Of a stretch of 42,092 nucleotides of DNA, positions 1-11,053 are shown piece by piece (the first letter of the stretch is position 1; every line of letters begins with the position of its first letter). Made by a program: the position numbers and the translations under genes. A model generated the notes under the pieces. That model had not been told where the DNA came from. It did not search any database and worked only from the letters and a program-made list of their open reading frames with translations. This DNA is from an uncultured bacterium (GTDB lineage: Bacteria; Hydrogenedentota; Hydrogenedentia; Hydrogenedentales; JAEUWI01): contig CAXBPH010000021.1 of the NCBI GenBank assembly GCA_963977445.1, positions 1 through 42,092 of the forward strand. Direction: 5' to 3'.

Positions 1-1
1 T

Positions 2-56
2 TACCTCCGGCACTTGAAATATCGAATAAATCATCCCCACTCATTGCCCATGAACC
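2..56 (-). mobile_element. Probable IS end (ISL3-like), truncated by the window edge
   Basis: 48/55 identical to the reverse complement of 42006-42060. On the minus strand it begins GGTTCATGGGCAATGAGTGGG right after a T8 tract. Confidence 0.5.
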
Positions 57-177
57 AAAAAAAAGGCCTCGTTTATGGGTTGCATCCACCTGCCCACTCT
101 GATTCAATGGGGAACTATTTTCAGCATTCATCAGGGCGCGACGGCATGGGCCAGGCGCATTACCGAAAGGGCAATTT

Positions 178-1068
178 ATGCATGCACTGCGCACGATCAG
201 TCTGGCTATAATTTTCTCGACCGTTCTCGTCACTCCCCTCGTCGCCGAGGACTACACCCTCGGCCCCGATTCGCTGCCCCAGGAAGGCGTCCCACAAGGC
301 ACGGTAACCCAACACACGCTGAACGACAGCACCGTCTATCCGGGCACGACCCGGGACTATTGGGTCTATGTGCCTGCCCAGTATGACGCCACCTCCCCGG
401 CCTGTGTCATGGTCTTCCAGGATGGGGGCTGGTATGTCTCCCTGGAACGAGATTTTCGCGTGCCCACGGTGTTCGACAACCTCATCCAACAGGGGAAAAT
501 GCCCGTTACCATCGGCATCTTCATCAACCCCGGGGAATATCCCGCCGAAAAGGAAGGGGATAAACCCAAGCGCAATCGGAGTGTGGAATATGACTCACTC
601 GATGATCTGTACGCCCGTTTCCTGCTGGAAGACGTCCTGCCACGGGTAGGCAAGGAATATACGCTGACGGAAGACCCCGAAAGCCGTGCCATTGGCGGCA
701 TCAGCTCCGGGGGTATTTGCGCCTTTACGGTGGCGTGGGAACGGCCCGACGCCTTCCGTAAGGTACTTAGCCATGTGGGCAGCTTTACCAACATCCGGGG
801 GGGCCACGTCTATCCCGCCCTCATCCGAAAGGAGGAAAAACGACCCATTCGCATATTCCTTCAGGACGGCGAAAATGATCTCGATAATGTCCATGGAAAC
901 TGGCCCTTGGGCAATATGCAGATGGACAAGGCCCTCACCTTCGCGGAATATGACCATACTTTTGTCATGGGTACGGAAGGACACAATGGGAAACATGGTG
1001 GGGCCATTCTGCCGGAGTCGCTCGTTTGGCTCTGGCGCGACCACCCCGGCGTGACGCCCGCGAAATAA
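178..1068 (+). CDS. Secreted alpha/beta hydrolase, enterochelin-esterase-like (Esterase family)
   Basis: N-terminal signal peptide, VFQDG motif, nucleophile motif G-I-S-S-G, and a C-terminal GH (catalytic His candidate). Confidence 0.85.
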   Translation: MHALRTISLAIIFSTVLVTPLVAEDYTLGPDSLPQEGVPQGTVTQHTLNDSTVYPGTTRDYWVYVPAQYDATSPACVMVFQDGGWYVSLERDFRVPTVFDNLIQQGKMPVTIGIFINPGEYPAEKEGDKPKRNRSVEYDSLDDLYARFLLEDVLPRVGKEYTLTEDPESRAIGGISSGGICAFTVAWERPDAFRKVLSHVGSFTNIRGGHVYPALIRKEEKRPIRIFLQDGENDLDNVHGNWPLGNMQMDKALTFAEYDHTFVMGTEGHNGKHGGAILPESLVWLWRDHPGVTPAK

Positions 1069-1088
1069 ATACACTCCTAACACGTATT

Positions 1089-1124
1089 GCTCCTCCACGT
1101 GCTGCTGTGGGGGAGCCTTTTTTT
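1089..1124 (+). terminator. Rho-independent terminator
   Basis: GCTCCTCCAC/GTGGGGGAGC stem followed by T7, 20 bp after the stop codon. Confidence 0.8.
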
Positions 1125-1313
1125 CATGTGCAGGCGCATCGCCCCACCTGTGCTGCGCACAAAACCTTGTCGCGAAAACTTCCCGAAGACGGAAACATTT
1201 ACAGATCCCACCGAATACGATACCATGGAGTCACCAGTGCCAACGGGCTCAGTTCCCAATCTTGATTGGGTCCGGGTTATCCGTTTGTTTCCAAGAGCTG
1301 TCGGGAGCATCAA

Positions 1314-3938
1314 ATGAAACCGTTGACCACCTATTACCTCGGTATTGCCCTGCTCACGATCTGCGTCGTAACCGTCTTCACCGATGTCGTCATCCGCAAC
1401 GCCGTTATTATGCCCAGCTTCGTCCAACTGGAACGAGATTCTGCCAGGAAGGACGTCCTCCGATGCGTAGACTCGATCGAACGGGAAGCGGAGCACCTTT
1501 TTGATTTATCGGGAGATTGGGCGCTGTGGGACGACACCTACGCCTTCGTAATCAATAGAAATCAGAAGTACATCGAATCCAATCTGGTCTGGGAATCCCT
1601 CGACCAGGTCGGTATCGACCTGGTATACATCTGCAACATTGACAAGGAAGTCGTCTGGGGACAGGCGTACGACAAGGAATCGGGCGAAGTAAGTGCCCCA
1701 AAGCCGTTCAACCAAGACCGATTGGACGATCCTGCCTTCGAGACGCTATTTCGAGAAGACAATTTTGGACTCCTGAACACCGAGCGGGGACTCCTGTTCA
1801 TTGGCGCTCGTTCAATCCACACGAGCGATGGTGGTAGCCCCCGCCGGGGTCTGCTCATTATGGGCAAATATCTTTCACCCGAGCTCCTCGCCGCCCTCAG
1901 TGATCGGGTTCGCGTCCCCTTCCAGCTGCTGCCTGCAGATAGCGCAGCGGCAACGAGTCTCCTCTCCCCCGCGACCTCCCCACCGGAAACCCGGCCCGAT
2001 GTGTTCATTACGGCATCCGATTCCCAATGGCAAGCCTACGCGCCGCTATCCGACGTAGCGGGCCTTCCCCTGGTAGTCGTCGAGGCCCACGGCGATCGGG
2101 ATATCGCCACGTTGGGAGAGCACGCGGCCACCTTGGTCACCTTTCTGGTATTCCTGATTATTACGGTCTTAACGACAGCGGCCCTCTTACTTTTCTGGCG
2201 CAGCATGGTCGCCGCACACCACCAAACCAACAAGGTGGAATTACTTGTGGCCAAACGCACGGATCAACTGGCCGAGGCCAATCTAAACCTGGAAAACGCC
2301 ATTCAGGTGGCCCACGAATCCACCCGCGAAGCCGAGCACGCCAATGAATCCAAGAGCCAGTTCCTCGCCAATATGAGTCATGAAATCCGGACACCTATGA
2401 ACGGAATCATCGGTATGACCGGGCTACTCCTCGATGGCGAGTTGAACGAAGAGCAACGTGATTTTGCCGAAACCGTCCGTATATCTGCCGATGCGCTCCT
2501 GAACATTGTTAACGATATCCTCGACTTTTCCAAGGCGGAAGCGGGTCATCTCGAGTTCGAATCCATAACCTTTGAGATTGAAGAAGTTATCAACGGCGCC
2601 GTTAGCCTCGTGGGCAGCAAAATAGAGGAAAAAGGGCTCGCCCTGGTGACCGATCTCAAGCCCGGATTGCCGCCCGCTGTCGTGGGCGATCCGGGGCGTC
2701 TGCGCCAGATCCTCCTCAACTTGCTGAACAATGCCGTTAAATTTACCGACGTCGGCTCCATCACGATTTCAGTTCAGAAAATCACCGACGAGGACACCAA
2801 GTCTATTTTTCGCTTTGATATCCGCGACACCGGCATTGGCATCCCCGAAAGGGAGACCAGTCGACTCTTTCAATCATTTTCCCAGCTGGACCCATCGACG
2901 ACACGGAAATTTGGCGGCACGGGCCTCGGGCTGGCCATCAGCAGACAATTGGTCGAGCTGATGGACGGCGTCATTGGTGTCGAAAGCGCGGAGGGTGAAG
3001 GAAGTAATTTCTATTTCACGGTCAAACTCGGCGTAGCGGAAGGACTCCCCGAAAAGCCACAACGCACGCCCGGCGCACTTGCCCGAAAAAAGGTCTTAGT
3101 CCTTTCGGCCAACAGCAATGAATGCCATATAAGTTGTACCCACCTGAAAGCATGGCATTGTGATAGCGAAATCGTTTTCAGTCATGACGAGGCGCTCCAA
3201 CTATTGAAAACGGCTCGGGGTACCGACAGGCCTTTTGATCTGGTCTTATGCGATGCGCCAAAGGACTACGGCGAAACACTTGCATTGGGCACCACCGTTA
3301 AGTCGTCCCCCGACCTCCGGTCACTCCCCCTGGTAATGATCGCATCGCTCGGTCATCGGGGAGACGTAAAGGTCCTACGCGAAATCGGCTTTACTGCCTA
3401 TCTCGTAAAGCCCGTGCGACATGATCTTCTGTTGGAATGTCTTGAATCCGTCGTAGGGACTGAAAACAGCGCACTTTTCTTCACCCGACACGTCGCCCAG
3501 GGAGAACATAACGTCTCGATGCCCGATTCAGGAGACAAACGGGCCCGTATTCTTCTTGCCGAGGACAACGTGGTCAACCAGAAGGTAGCCACGAAACTCT
3601 TGGAACGGCTGGGCTTTCAGGTCGATGCGGTGTGTAATGGACTTGAAGCCGTGGAAGCCATTCTCAAACAACCTTACGATCTCGTCTTAATGGATTGTCA
3701 AATGCCCGAATTGGATGGTTACGCCGCGACCGCCGCCATTCGTGCCCTCGACAATCCCATACGTGCCGTCCCCATCGTTGCACTTACCGCCGGTGCCCTG
3801 GACAGCGACCGGGAACGATGTTTATCCGCAGGTATGAACGACTTCGTCACCAAGCCCATCGAGCCCGCCCTGCTCAACGAATGCATCGAGCGATGGCTGG
3901 CAACCGGTCCGACCCCGTCCGGCCTGGATCGTAATTAG
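1314..3938 (+). CDS. Hybrid sensor histidine kinase (CHASE4-HisKA-HATPase-REC-REC)
   Basis: [14 protein letters not shown]4 motif between two TM segments, H-box [13 protein letters not shown] boxes (NAVKFT, DTGIG, GGTGLGL), and a final receiver EDN..MDCQMP..KP. ATG 1314 follows GGAG. Confidence 0.93.
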   Translation: MKPLTTYYLGIALLTICVVTVFTDVVIRNAVIMPSFVQLERDSARKDVLRCVDSIEREAEHLFDLSGDWALWDDTYAFVINRNQKYIESNLVWESLDQVGIDLVYICNIDKEVVWGQAYDKESGEVSAPKPFNQDRLDDPAFETLFREDNFGLLNTERGLLFIGARSIHTSDGGSPRRGLLIMGKYLSPELLAALSDRVRVPFQLLPADSAAATSLLSPATSPPETRPDVFITASDSQWQAYAPLSDVAGLPLVVVEAHGDRDIATLGEHAATLVTFLVFLIITVLTTAALLLFWRSMVAAHHQTNKVELLVAKRTDQLAEANLNLENAIQVAHESTREAEHANESKSQFLANMSHEIRTPMNGIIGMTGLLLDGELNEEQRDFAETVRISADALLNIVNDILDFSKAEAGHLEFESITFEIEEVINGAVSLVGSKIEEKGLALVTDLKPGLPPAVVGDPGRLRQILLNLLNNAVKFTDVGSITISVQKITDEDTKSIFRFDIRDTGIGIPERETSRLFQSFSQLDPSTTRKFGGTGLGLAISRQLVELMDGVIGVESAEGEGSNFYFTVKLGVAEGLPEKPQRTPGALARKKVLVLSANSNECHISCTHLKAWHCDSEIVFSHDEALQLLKTARGTDRPFDLVLCDAPKDYGETLALGTTVKSSPDLRSLPLVMIASLGHRGDVKVLREIGFTAYLVKPVRHDLLLECLESVVGTENSALFFTRHVAQGEHNVSMPDSGDKRARILLAEDNVVNQKVATKLLERLGFQVDAVCNGLEAVEAILKQPYDLVLMDCQMPELDGYAATAAIRALDNPIRAVPIVALTAGALDSDRERCLSAGMNDFVTKPIEPALLNECIERWLATGPTPSGLDRN

Positions 3939-3945
3939 GACGCTT

Positions 3946-5412
3946 TTATGCGCCGTTGGTCTCGTTCGAACGTCGCGCCCGCCACCCGCCGGCGACGTGA
4001 TGCAATAACAGGCCCAGCAAGACGACGGAGAGTCCATCGGTCGTGAAGCGATAGCGGGAGGTCTCCAGAAAATCGAAGGTGCAGCCGAGTACGGCGACCA
4101 TGAAAATGGTAAAACACGCGAAGGCCAGCAGGGCACGTTGTGCCATCGTCAATTGCCAATGACCGGGCCGGAGCGCCCGCCACACGCCGTAGAACAACAC
4201 GAGGGGCAGCCCCAACAGCAGGGACAGATAGGGTGACGTCTGGGTTATTTCGACAAGACGACTATAGCCCGACAAATCGCCCGGCACCTTACCGTAGATC
4301 CCATAATCGTAAAGCGCGATTACCGGCCGGATATATTGCTGATTTTCCGGTGAAACGGGCAGGGCACTACTCGACTTAAAATAGCGGTACCACGCCTGAA
4401 TCGTGGACAAAATAAAATGTTTGGGCTGGTGAAACAAGACATACTTCGCGTCGGCCCCATAGACATCGCAGTTGGCGATAAAACCGTAGTGGTTGTAGTT
4501 CACGGAATCGTTGGACTTGTGCCCCTTCGACAGGGCGGGAATCTTCTTAAACTTCTCGGGGACGACCTTGTATTCAAAGGGGTAGGCATCCAGTGACGCC
4601 CAGCGATTCACCAGGGACAACTCCGATATCTTTCCCTCCGCCACGAGCTTGTTTTTCTCGTCCCAGGGCATATTTCCTGCCGTCATGATCCAAAGGTTTT
4701 TTTCGGTGAAGGAGCACACGTTAAACTCGCCGAAGAGCAGGTAGTTCTTAAAATAGAAGCCAAAGAGGACCAGAAAGGGCACGAACCCGACCCGCACGAT
4801 CTGGCCGCGATAGCCCTTGCCCCAGGCGAAGAGCACGCCGAAAAGAATCACGTAATAGCCGATATGAAACATGCTCCGCATGCCGCAGAGCAGAAATATC
4901 GCCAGAAAGAAAATCGCGAGGGGGAGGGTGCGTCGATTTTCCAGATACGTCACCAGAGACAAGGCCGCCACGCTCAGGAGGGCGGCGATGGGCATGGTGT
5001 ACATGAGGAATTGTTCCCACAAGATAAACGAGGGACTTGCCATGAACACCGTGCTGAGCAGGGCCGCCAATCGGGGCCCGACACCGAGCTTCCGTTGCAG
5101 GAGGAATATATTGAGATAGAGACACAAGCCACAGGCCGTATAGATGGCACAAAAGAGCCAGGGACTCTCGGGAGTAATCTTCAACACGAGGCCCACGAAG
5201 AGATTAAAGAGGGGCGGCTGAATGTGAAGGTACCACACACTCTCCAGCAAGCGGGTCTTCAGCAACACCGGGTCGAGAAAGTGCATGACCTCGATGAGGG
5301 TGCGGTCGTTGAAGCGCACACCCACGCAAAAATAGAGGGCATGGACCACGGCAAAACAGGCGGTGAGACCAAGGAGCCAACGACGCGTATTGACTTGCGA
5401 TTCCGTAGAAAT
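3946..5412 (-). CDS. Polytopic membrane protein, possibly a GT-C (ArnT/PMT-like) glycosyltransferase
   Basis: About 11-12 hydrophobic segments with a large soluble loop. The start is uncertain: ATT 5412 has a perfect SD, and the alternative is TTG 5448. Confidence 0.6.
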   Translation of the reverse strand: MSTESQVNTRRWLLGLTACFAVVHALYFCVGVRFNDRTLIEVMHFLDPVLLKTRLLESVWYLHIQPPLFNLFVGLVLKITPESPWLFCAIYTACGLCLYLNIFLLQRKLGVGPRLAALLSTVFMASPSFILWEQFLMYTMPIAALLSVAALSLVTYLENRRTLPLAIFFLAIFLLCGMRSMFHIGYYVILFGVLFAWGKGYRGQIVRVGFVPFLVLFGFYFKNYLLFGEFNVCSFTEKNLWIMTAGNMPWDEKNKLVAEGKISELSLVNRWASLDAYPFEYKVVPEKFKKIPALSKGHKSNDSVNYNHYGFIANCDVYGADAKYVLFHQPKHFILSTIQAWYRYFKSSSALPVSPENQQYIRPVIALYDYGIYGKVPGDLSGYSRLVEITQTSPYLSLLLGLPLVLFYGVWRALRPGHWQLTMAQRALLAFACFTIFMVAVLGCTFDFLETSRYRFTTDGLSVVLLGLLLHHVAGGWRARRSNETNGA

Positions 5413-5512
5413 TGCCCGACCTCCTGGATATGAACCACACGGCACCAATGTCGTGCAGCACCATCATGCCAGCACCGTGTATGCCGGTTCCACCAATAGC
5501 GGTAAGTGGGCT

Positions 5513-5868
5513 GGGGACAGTTTTCGATTGCGACGTGTCGATGTCCCGGAGAAAAGGTCGGCAACCAATCGGTAACTGTACCCAAGAGGATGCCGGTACG
5601 CGGGGTTGGGTACAGTCACCCCCGTTTGACGTCACGATTTCACTATCGTTCAACATCTCAACCCGCACGGGGGATACTGTCCCCACGCGGTACGGGGACA
5701 GTTTTCGATTGCGACGTGTCGATGTCCCGGAGAAAAGGTCGGCAACCAATCGGTAACTGTACCCAAGAGGATGCCGGTACGCGGGGTTGGGTACAGTCAC
5801 CCCCGTTCGACGTCGCGATTTCACTATCGTGCAGCATCTCACCCACACGGGGGATACTGTCCCCACGC
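5513..5868. repeat. Tandem duplication (period 181 bp) of a double-hairpin element bounded by GGGGACAGT/ACTGTCCCC
   Basis: Copies at 5513-5688 and 5694-5868, with the first 114 bp identical. Internal inverted pair GGTAACTGTACCCAA/TTGGGTACAGTCACC. Confidence 0.95.
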
Positions 5869-5999
5869 AGCAAGGCCAAATCGCGCTACTGTGGAACTTT
5901 CATTCTCTCACATGGATGAATGTAGTACATCGGTCCGGGGAGTCTTCACGGAAATCAATAACCTGGTGCATAGCACCAAACACAGCACGGGGTATATCC

Positions 6000-7658
6000 A
6001 TGACAAAGCGAGTCTTTTCACTTTGCTACACGGCGTTACTGATTACCACAGGCCTGTTTATCACCCAATTCCTGCCCGGTTGCAAATCGAGCGCTAAAAC
6101 TTCCAGCACGCCACCGTCGCCTGCCTCTATTGCGCCCCCACCCGCGCCCATGTCCCCGGTCGAGCCCGAGATGTTGGCCTTTCGGACGACCTCACCGTCA
6201 CCGGTGTCTTACCCCCCATCCCCCAACGTTGCTGCAGAGTCCTACGACCATGTCGAAGAACTCGGGTTCCGTCCCGTTTCCGACGCACCGCGATCGACCT
6301 TTTCCATCGACGTGGACACGGCCTCCTACGCCAACATTCGGCGTTTTTTGAATGACGGCACTCTCCCGCCGCCCGATGCGGTCCGTATCGAGGAGATGGT
6401 GAACTACTTTCGCTATGACTATGCACCACCGGTGGACGAGACGCCTTTCTCCACCCACCTGGAAGTGGCCCGTTGTCCCTGGAACGCGAAACACGCCCTG
6501 GCGCGAATCGGCCTGAAAGGCAAAGAATTCCCCCGGGAAAATCGGCCACCCGTGAATCTCGTCTTTCTACTCGACGTTTCGGGTTCGATGAATACCCACG
6601 ACAAATTGCCGCTGGTACAACAATCCCTGCGCATGCTGGTGGAAGAGATGAACGACGAAGACCGTATCGCCATTGTTGTCTATGCCGGTGCTTCCGGCCT
6701 GGTGTTGCCGTCGACAAGCTGCGACAAGAAAATGCAGATTGTGGCCGCCCTGGATGAACTCGCGGCAGGCGGCTCGACCAATGGTGGTGCGGGCATTGAG
6801 CTGGCCTATCGCACGGCGAGCGAGCATTTCATCGAGGGCGGCATCAATCGGGTGATTCTGGCAACCGACGGTGATTTCAATGTAGGCATAACCAAACAGT
6901 CGGCGTTGGTCGACCTGATCGAGAAAAAGCGAGAAGAGGGTGTCTTTCTTACGGTACTTGGCTTCGGCTCCGGTAACCTGAAAGACAGTACCATGGAAAA
7001 ACTGGCGAGCAAGGGCAATGGGGCCTATGCCTATATCGACAGCCTGAAGGAAGCCCGTAAGGTACTCGTGGAGCAGGCGTCCGGCACCCTGCATACCATT
7101 GCGAAGGACGTAAAAATTCAGGTGGAGTTTAATCCCGCGCACATCGCGTCTTATCGACTGCTGGGCTACGAAAACCGAATGCTCCGGACCGAAGCGTTCA
7201 ACGACGACACGGTAGACGCAGGCGAAATCGGCGCGGGCCACACGGTCACGGCGTTGTATGAATTAATTCCGGTGGGGACCGATTCCCAGACCGGAGGCAT
7301 TGATCCGCTCCGCTATCAACCTGCGACGACGTCAACACCAAAGACAGGCTCGGAGGAGCTCTTTATCGTGAAGCTGCGCTACAAAGCGCCGGATAGCGAC
7401 ACGAGCAGCGCACTGGAGTTTCCCTTCGCTCGGTCAATCGCTGAATACGGGGACGCCTCAACAGATTTCCAATTCGCGAGTGCCGTCGCGGGCTTCGGTA
7501 TGCTTCTTCGCAATTCCGAGTACAACGGCAACACCCGATACGCGGACGTCGTGGAATGGGCGAATGCAGGAATCGGTGACGATGACGGCGGCTACCGAAA
7601 AGAGCTGGTCCAATTGGTCGAACTATCGAAAAACATGTCGCAACGGAAAAATGATTAG
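6000..7658 (+). CDS. YfbK-like von Willebrand factor A domain protein (vWF_A + VWA + DUF3520), probable lipoprotein
   Basis: STFSIDVDTASY, MIDAS DVSGS, ATDGDFNVG, YRLLGYENR and DAGEIGAGH motifs, plus a lipobox-like LPGC. The ORF extension to 5787 lies in the repeat and is not credited. Confidence 0.9.
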   Translation: MTKRVFSLCYTALLITTGLFITQFLPGCKSSAKTSSTPPSPASIAPPPAPMSPVEPEMLAFRTTSPSPVSYPPSPNVAAESYDHVEELGFRPVSDAPRSTFSIDVDTASYANIRRFLNDGTLPPPDAVRIEEMVNYFRYDYAPPVDETPFSTHLEVARCPWNAKHALARIGLKGKEFPRENRPPVNLVFLLDVSGSMNTHDKLPLVQQSLRMLVEEMNDEDRIAIVVYAGASGLVLPSTSCDKKMQIVAALDELAAGGSTNGGAGIELAYRTASEHFIEGGINRVILATDGDFNVGITKQSALVDLIEKKREEGVFLTVLGFGSGNLKDSTMEKLASKGNGAYAYIDSLKEARKVLVEQASGTLHTIAKDVKIQVEFNPAHIASYRLLGYENRMLRTEAFNDDTVDAGEIGAGHTVTALYELIPVGTDSQTGGIDPLRYQPATTSTPKTGSEELFIVKLRYKAPDSDTSSALEFPFARSIAEYGDASTDFQFASAVAGFGMLLRNSEYNGNTRYADVVEWANAGIGDDDGGYRKELVQLVELSKNMSQRKND

Positions 7659-7681
7659 TCACAATCTACTGCTACCCCCCA

Positions 7682-10600
7682 TTAATGCGACGGTACGTCC
7701 GGGCCCGACTCCAGCGTGGCCCGGGCTTCCGCAAGCACCCCATCGATTTCCTCGGGCGTAACGGGCACCTCCACGCACTCCCCGGCATCCACGTAAACCA
7801 ATATGCCCCGCGTGGGTGTCACCCCCCGCAGGGTCTGTAGGGCGGCGGCGTAGAGCAGCAGCTGCTTCTCGTACCGTGCCGCTGTTTTCTCCTTCATCTT
7901 GCCGGTCTTGTAATCAATCAAGGTGCCGTCGGATAAGACCAAATCGATGGTACCGTTCACCACCGTCTCCCCAATGCGCAGGCTGAAGGGGGCTTCACGT
8001 TCCAGGTCCGATGCGGTGGCGAGCCGTTTTCCCAGGGGGGATTCGGCAAACCACGTGGCAATATTGCGCAGGTCAGTCATCAGTCGCTCCCGGGCCTGCA
8101 AGCCCATGCGGCCATCACGAACCAGACGGGCCACGTCGGGTAATTCTTCGCCCGCGAACTCCCACACCTCAAACATACGGTGCACCAGGGTACCCCGGTC
8201 CATGGCATAACTGCTGTCCCGTTCGACACGGGGCTGATCTTCGTCGGGTCGTTCTTCCGCCGCAGATTCCTCGGAACACATACGGTTCAGGAGGCGCGAC
8301 ACGGAAATGGTTGCAGTCGCCGATTCCGAGAGGGTAACGGGAGCGATGCGACGACGCACCGATTCCATATCGCCATCGGATTCTTTGTTGCGTTGGGGAG
8401 CAGCACCCCGTACTTCGGACAGGTTACGGATTGTCTCCGCCTGCCAGTTGTCCCCGTCGAAGCGATGTCCGTGGGTTGCCTCTTCAAAACCGTGTATCAA
8501 TTCGAAGGCGTGATACCAGGTGCCCAGTGGCGCGTTGGCCTTGCCACAGAGGTAGAGCATGTCACGGGCACGGGTCAGGGCCACATACAGGACACGGGCA
8601 GACTCGGCACCTTCTTCTTCCTTGATGCGGCGTTTGATGAGGGCACCCAAGGGCGTGTCGATGCGGTTGCCGTCGTCGCCTGAGAGGCGCAGGGTAATCC
8701 CCAGTTGGCGGTGAATCTGCAGGGTGTGTTCTTTCGAGCCTTTGATGGGTTGGGCCATATCGGGCACAAAGACCACAGGAAACTCCAGGCCCTTCGACTT
8801 GTGGATGGTCATGAGGGTCACCGAACCGGCGCCATCGGGCTGGAGGCCGGCTTCCCCCTCTCGAATCTGATAGGTGTGCACTTCATCGAGATAATTGACG
8901 AACTGACGCAAGGTCAAGGCACCCCGGCGGGCCTGTTCTCGGGCGAGGTTGGCGAGCTTCCGCACGTTGGAGGCTTTTTGCAGGCCGAGAAACTGGCTGA
9001 GCAAAATCGCTTCCAACCCCGTAATCTCCAACAGGTGATCCACCAATTCGGGCAGGGGGCCTGCGAGGCGGGCCCGGAGTTCCTCGTAGACGAAGCGTGC
9101 CCGCATGAGACGCTCGGGATAGTCCAATCCCGTGGGCAACATCTCGCCCAGGGCCATTGCGGTCAGCGTGCCCTGACGACACAGCCGCACGAGGTCATCA
9201 TCAGACAAGGCGACCACGGGGCCACGGAGGTAGGCCAATAAGGCGATTTCATCCCACGGATCGGCAAGCACCTTGAGAATATTGATGACATCGACGACTT
9301 CCTGACGCTCATAGAAACCCGCGCCGGCCACGACCGTGTAGGGAATGCCTGCTTTCCGCAGGGCTTCCTCATAGATTCCCACGTTACTCGTTGCACGAAA
9401 AAGCAGGGCCACATCACCGTATTCCGGCCGTCGCATTTCGCTGGTGTGCTCATCGCACACGGTGGCGTCGCTTTCGGGGGCGCACAAGGCCGCGATCTGC
9501 GCCGCGATCTGCGTCGCTTCCCGCTGTCGGTATTCGGAAACGGGCCACCTTTTGGGATCCTCTTCCTCTGGCGGGTCACTCAAGATAAAGCCGACCCGGG
9601 GCCCACCGATCCGCTCACGGCCAATTACCATGGGCTGATAGCGCTCCACGGCGCACAGCAGATTGGATTGCTGGAAGAAATCGTTTACAAAACCCAACAC
9701 GTCGGGCAGGGAACGGAAATTACAATCCAGCCGCACCAACTCCTCCGACGTAGCCCGCTCGGTCTGAAATATCTCGACTTCCGCACCACGAAAATAATAG
9801 ATGGACTGCTTGGGGTCCCCCACGATAAACAGGGCCGGTCCCGCTTCCTCATCGTGAAGGAGGCGGGCGATTTCCAGTTGCTGCCCGTCCGTATCCTGGA
9901 ACTCATCGAGGAGGAGATACTTCATACCCTTCGCCGTTTGCTGGCGGAGCGTGTCCTTATCCCGAAGCACCTTGAGGGCAAAGAGAATGAGATCATCGAA
10001 GTCGAGTAAGCCCGCTGCTTCTTTGGCCTTCTCATAGGCGCTGTTGATATGACCGTCGAGTTGGAGCAAGTCACTGGCAAGCTGGGCCGACTCCGCCACG
10101 ACATCGCCGCCGCCCGCGAGCGCACCATCCAGCAGGGCGTCTTTGGCGAAGGTGGTCACTTTCTTCTGGATATCGGTCAGTCCATCGTAGATTTCCGGCG
10201 ACGGCCAGAGTTTTTTCTTGCCGTTGCCAAAGGGATTCTTCAGGAAACCCCGGAGCTGCTCCTCGGCCTCTTCTGCCGGTATACCTGCCTGCATGGCCTC
10301 GAAACCCAACACCATGGAATGACGCCAGGCTTCCCGGCCTTCCTCGGGGTCGTCGCAGAGCCCTTCATAGGTCTTGAGGGCCTGAAGCAGGGTGTTGACC
10401 TGGGCGTTGCGGCCCAAATCGGCCAGGTACCGGGCCTGTTCTGCCGTGGCCTGGGCCTGCCACGTGGCCATCACCGCGTCAGGCGTATCCATACCGCCAC
10501 GACGACGAATCCGATCGACGACACCGCGATTGCGCAACAGGGCCTTGCACAGCCCCTGCAACTCGCCGAGGGTGTGGACCGAGGCCAGGCGCAACATGGC

Positions 10601-11053
10601 CGGGTCGTTTTTCTCCAGCAGCCGAATCATGACCGATTCCACCGATTCCTGGAGCAGTAGGGCGTTTTCCGCATCCGATAGCAGCCCAAAATCGGGGTCG
10701 AGGCCCAGAAACAGCGCATTTTCCCGAAGTAACCGGGCGCAAAAGGCGTGAATCGTTGTAATATGGGCCGTATCGACGCGCCGCTCCAGATCGCGCCACA
10801 TGCTGAACTCCGCCGGATTGTCGTTGGGTGCCATGCGCCGAAAGGCCTTCCGCAGGCGCTCTTTCATTTCCAGGGCGGCCTTTTCGGTGAAGGTAATGGC
10901 GACGATTTCTTCCAGCCGGGCCTGCCCTGTCTTCAACAGGTTCACGATGCGGTCAACGAGGACCCGGGTCTTACCGGAGCCTGCCCCGGCGTCGACACAA
11001 ATGTACCGCGCCTGGGATTCTATCGCCTGCTGTTGTGCCGGAGTGTACTTCAT
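7682..11053 (-). CDS. addA: ATP-dependent helicase/nuclease subunit A (UvrD-type helicase + PD-(D/E)XK nuclease)
   Basis: AGAGSGKT, ITFT, TIHAF, DEFQD, VGDPKQSIY, TIHKSKGLEF and YVALTRA helicase motifs. C-terminal GTIDL..IDYKTG..QLLLY nuclease. Confidence 0.92.
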   Translation of the reverse strand: MKYTPAQQQAIESQARYICVDAGAGSGKTRVLVDRIVNLLKTGQARLEEIVAITFTEKAALEMKERLRKAFRRMAPNDNPAEFSMWRDLERRVDTAHITTIHAFCARLLRENALFLGLDPDFGLLSDAENALLLQESVESVMIRLLEKNDPAMLRLASVHTLGELQGLCKALLRNRGVVDRIRRRGGMDTPDAVMATWQAQATAEQARYLADLGRNAQVNTLLQALKTYEGLCDDPEEGREAWRHSMVLGFEAMQAGIPAEEAEEQLRGFLKNPFGNGKKKLWPSPEIYDGLTDIQKKVTTFAKDALLDGALAGGGDVVAESAQLASDLLQLDGHINSAYEKAKEAAGLLDFDDLILFALKVLRDKDTLRQQTAKGMKYLLLDEFQDTDGQQLEIARLLHDEEAGPALFIVGDPKQSIYYFRGAEVEIFQTERATSEELVRLDCNFRSLPDVLGFVNDFFQQSNLLCAVERYQPMVIGRERIGGPRVGFILSDPPEEEDPKRWPVSEYRQREATQIAAQIAALCAPESDATVCDEHTSEMRRPEYGDVALLFRATSNVGIYEEALRKAGIPYTVVAGAGFYERQEVVDVINILKVLADPWDEIALLAYLRGPVVALSDDDLVRLCRQGTLTAMALGEMLPTGLDYPERLMRARFVYEELRARLAGPLPELVDHLLEITGLEAILLSQFLGLQKASNVRKLANLAREQARRGALTLRQFVNYLDEVHTYQIREGEAGLQPDGAGSVTLMTIHKSKGLEFPVVFVPDMAQPIKGSKEHTLQIHRQLGITLRLSGDDGNRIDTPLGALIKRRIKEEEGAESARVLYVALTRARDMLYLCGKANAPLGTWYHAFELIHGFEEATHGHRFDGDNWQAETIRNLSEVRGAAPQRNKESDGDMESVRRRIAPVTLSESATATISVSRLLNRMCSEESAAEERPDEDQPRVERDSSYAMDRGTLVHRMFEVWEFAGEELPDVARLVRDGRMGLQARERLMTDLRNIATWFAESPLGKRLATASDLEREAPFSLRIGETVVNGTIDLVLSDGTLIDYKTGKMKEKTAARYEKQLLLYAAALQTLRGVTPTRGILVYVDAGECVEVPVTPEEIDGVLAEARATLESGPDVPSH

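Noticed and set aside
5513..5868. DGR template/variable repeat pair, or a coding extension of the vWA ORF from 5787
   Set aside because: Differences are not adenine-specific and no reverse transcriptase is present. The vWA signal peptide begins at ATG 6000.
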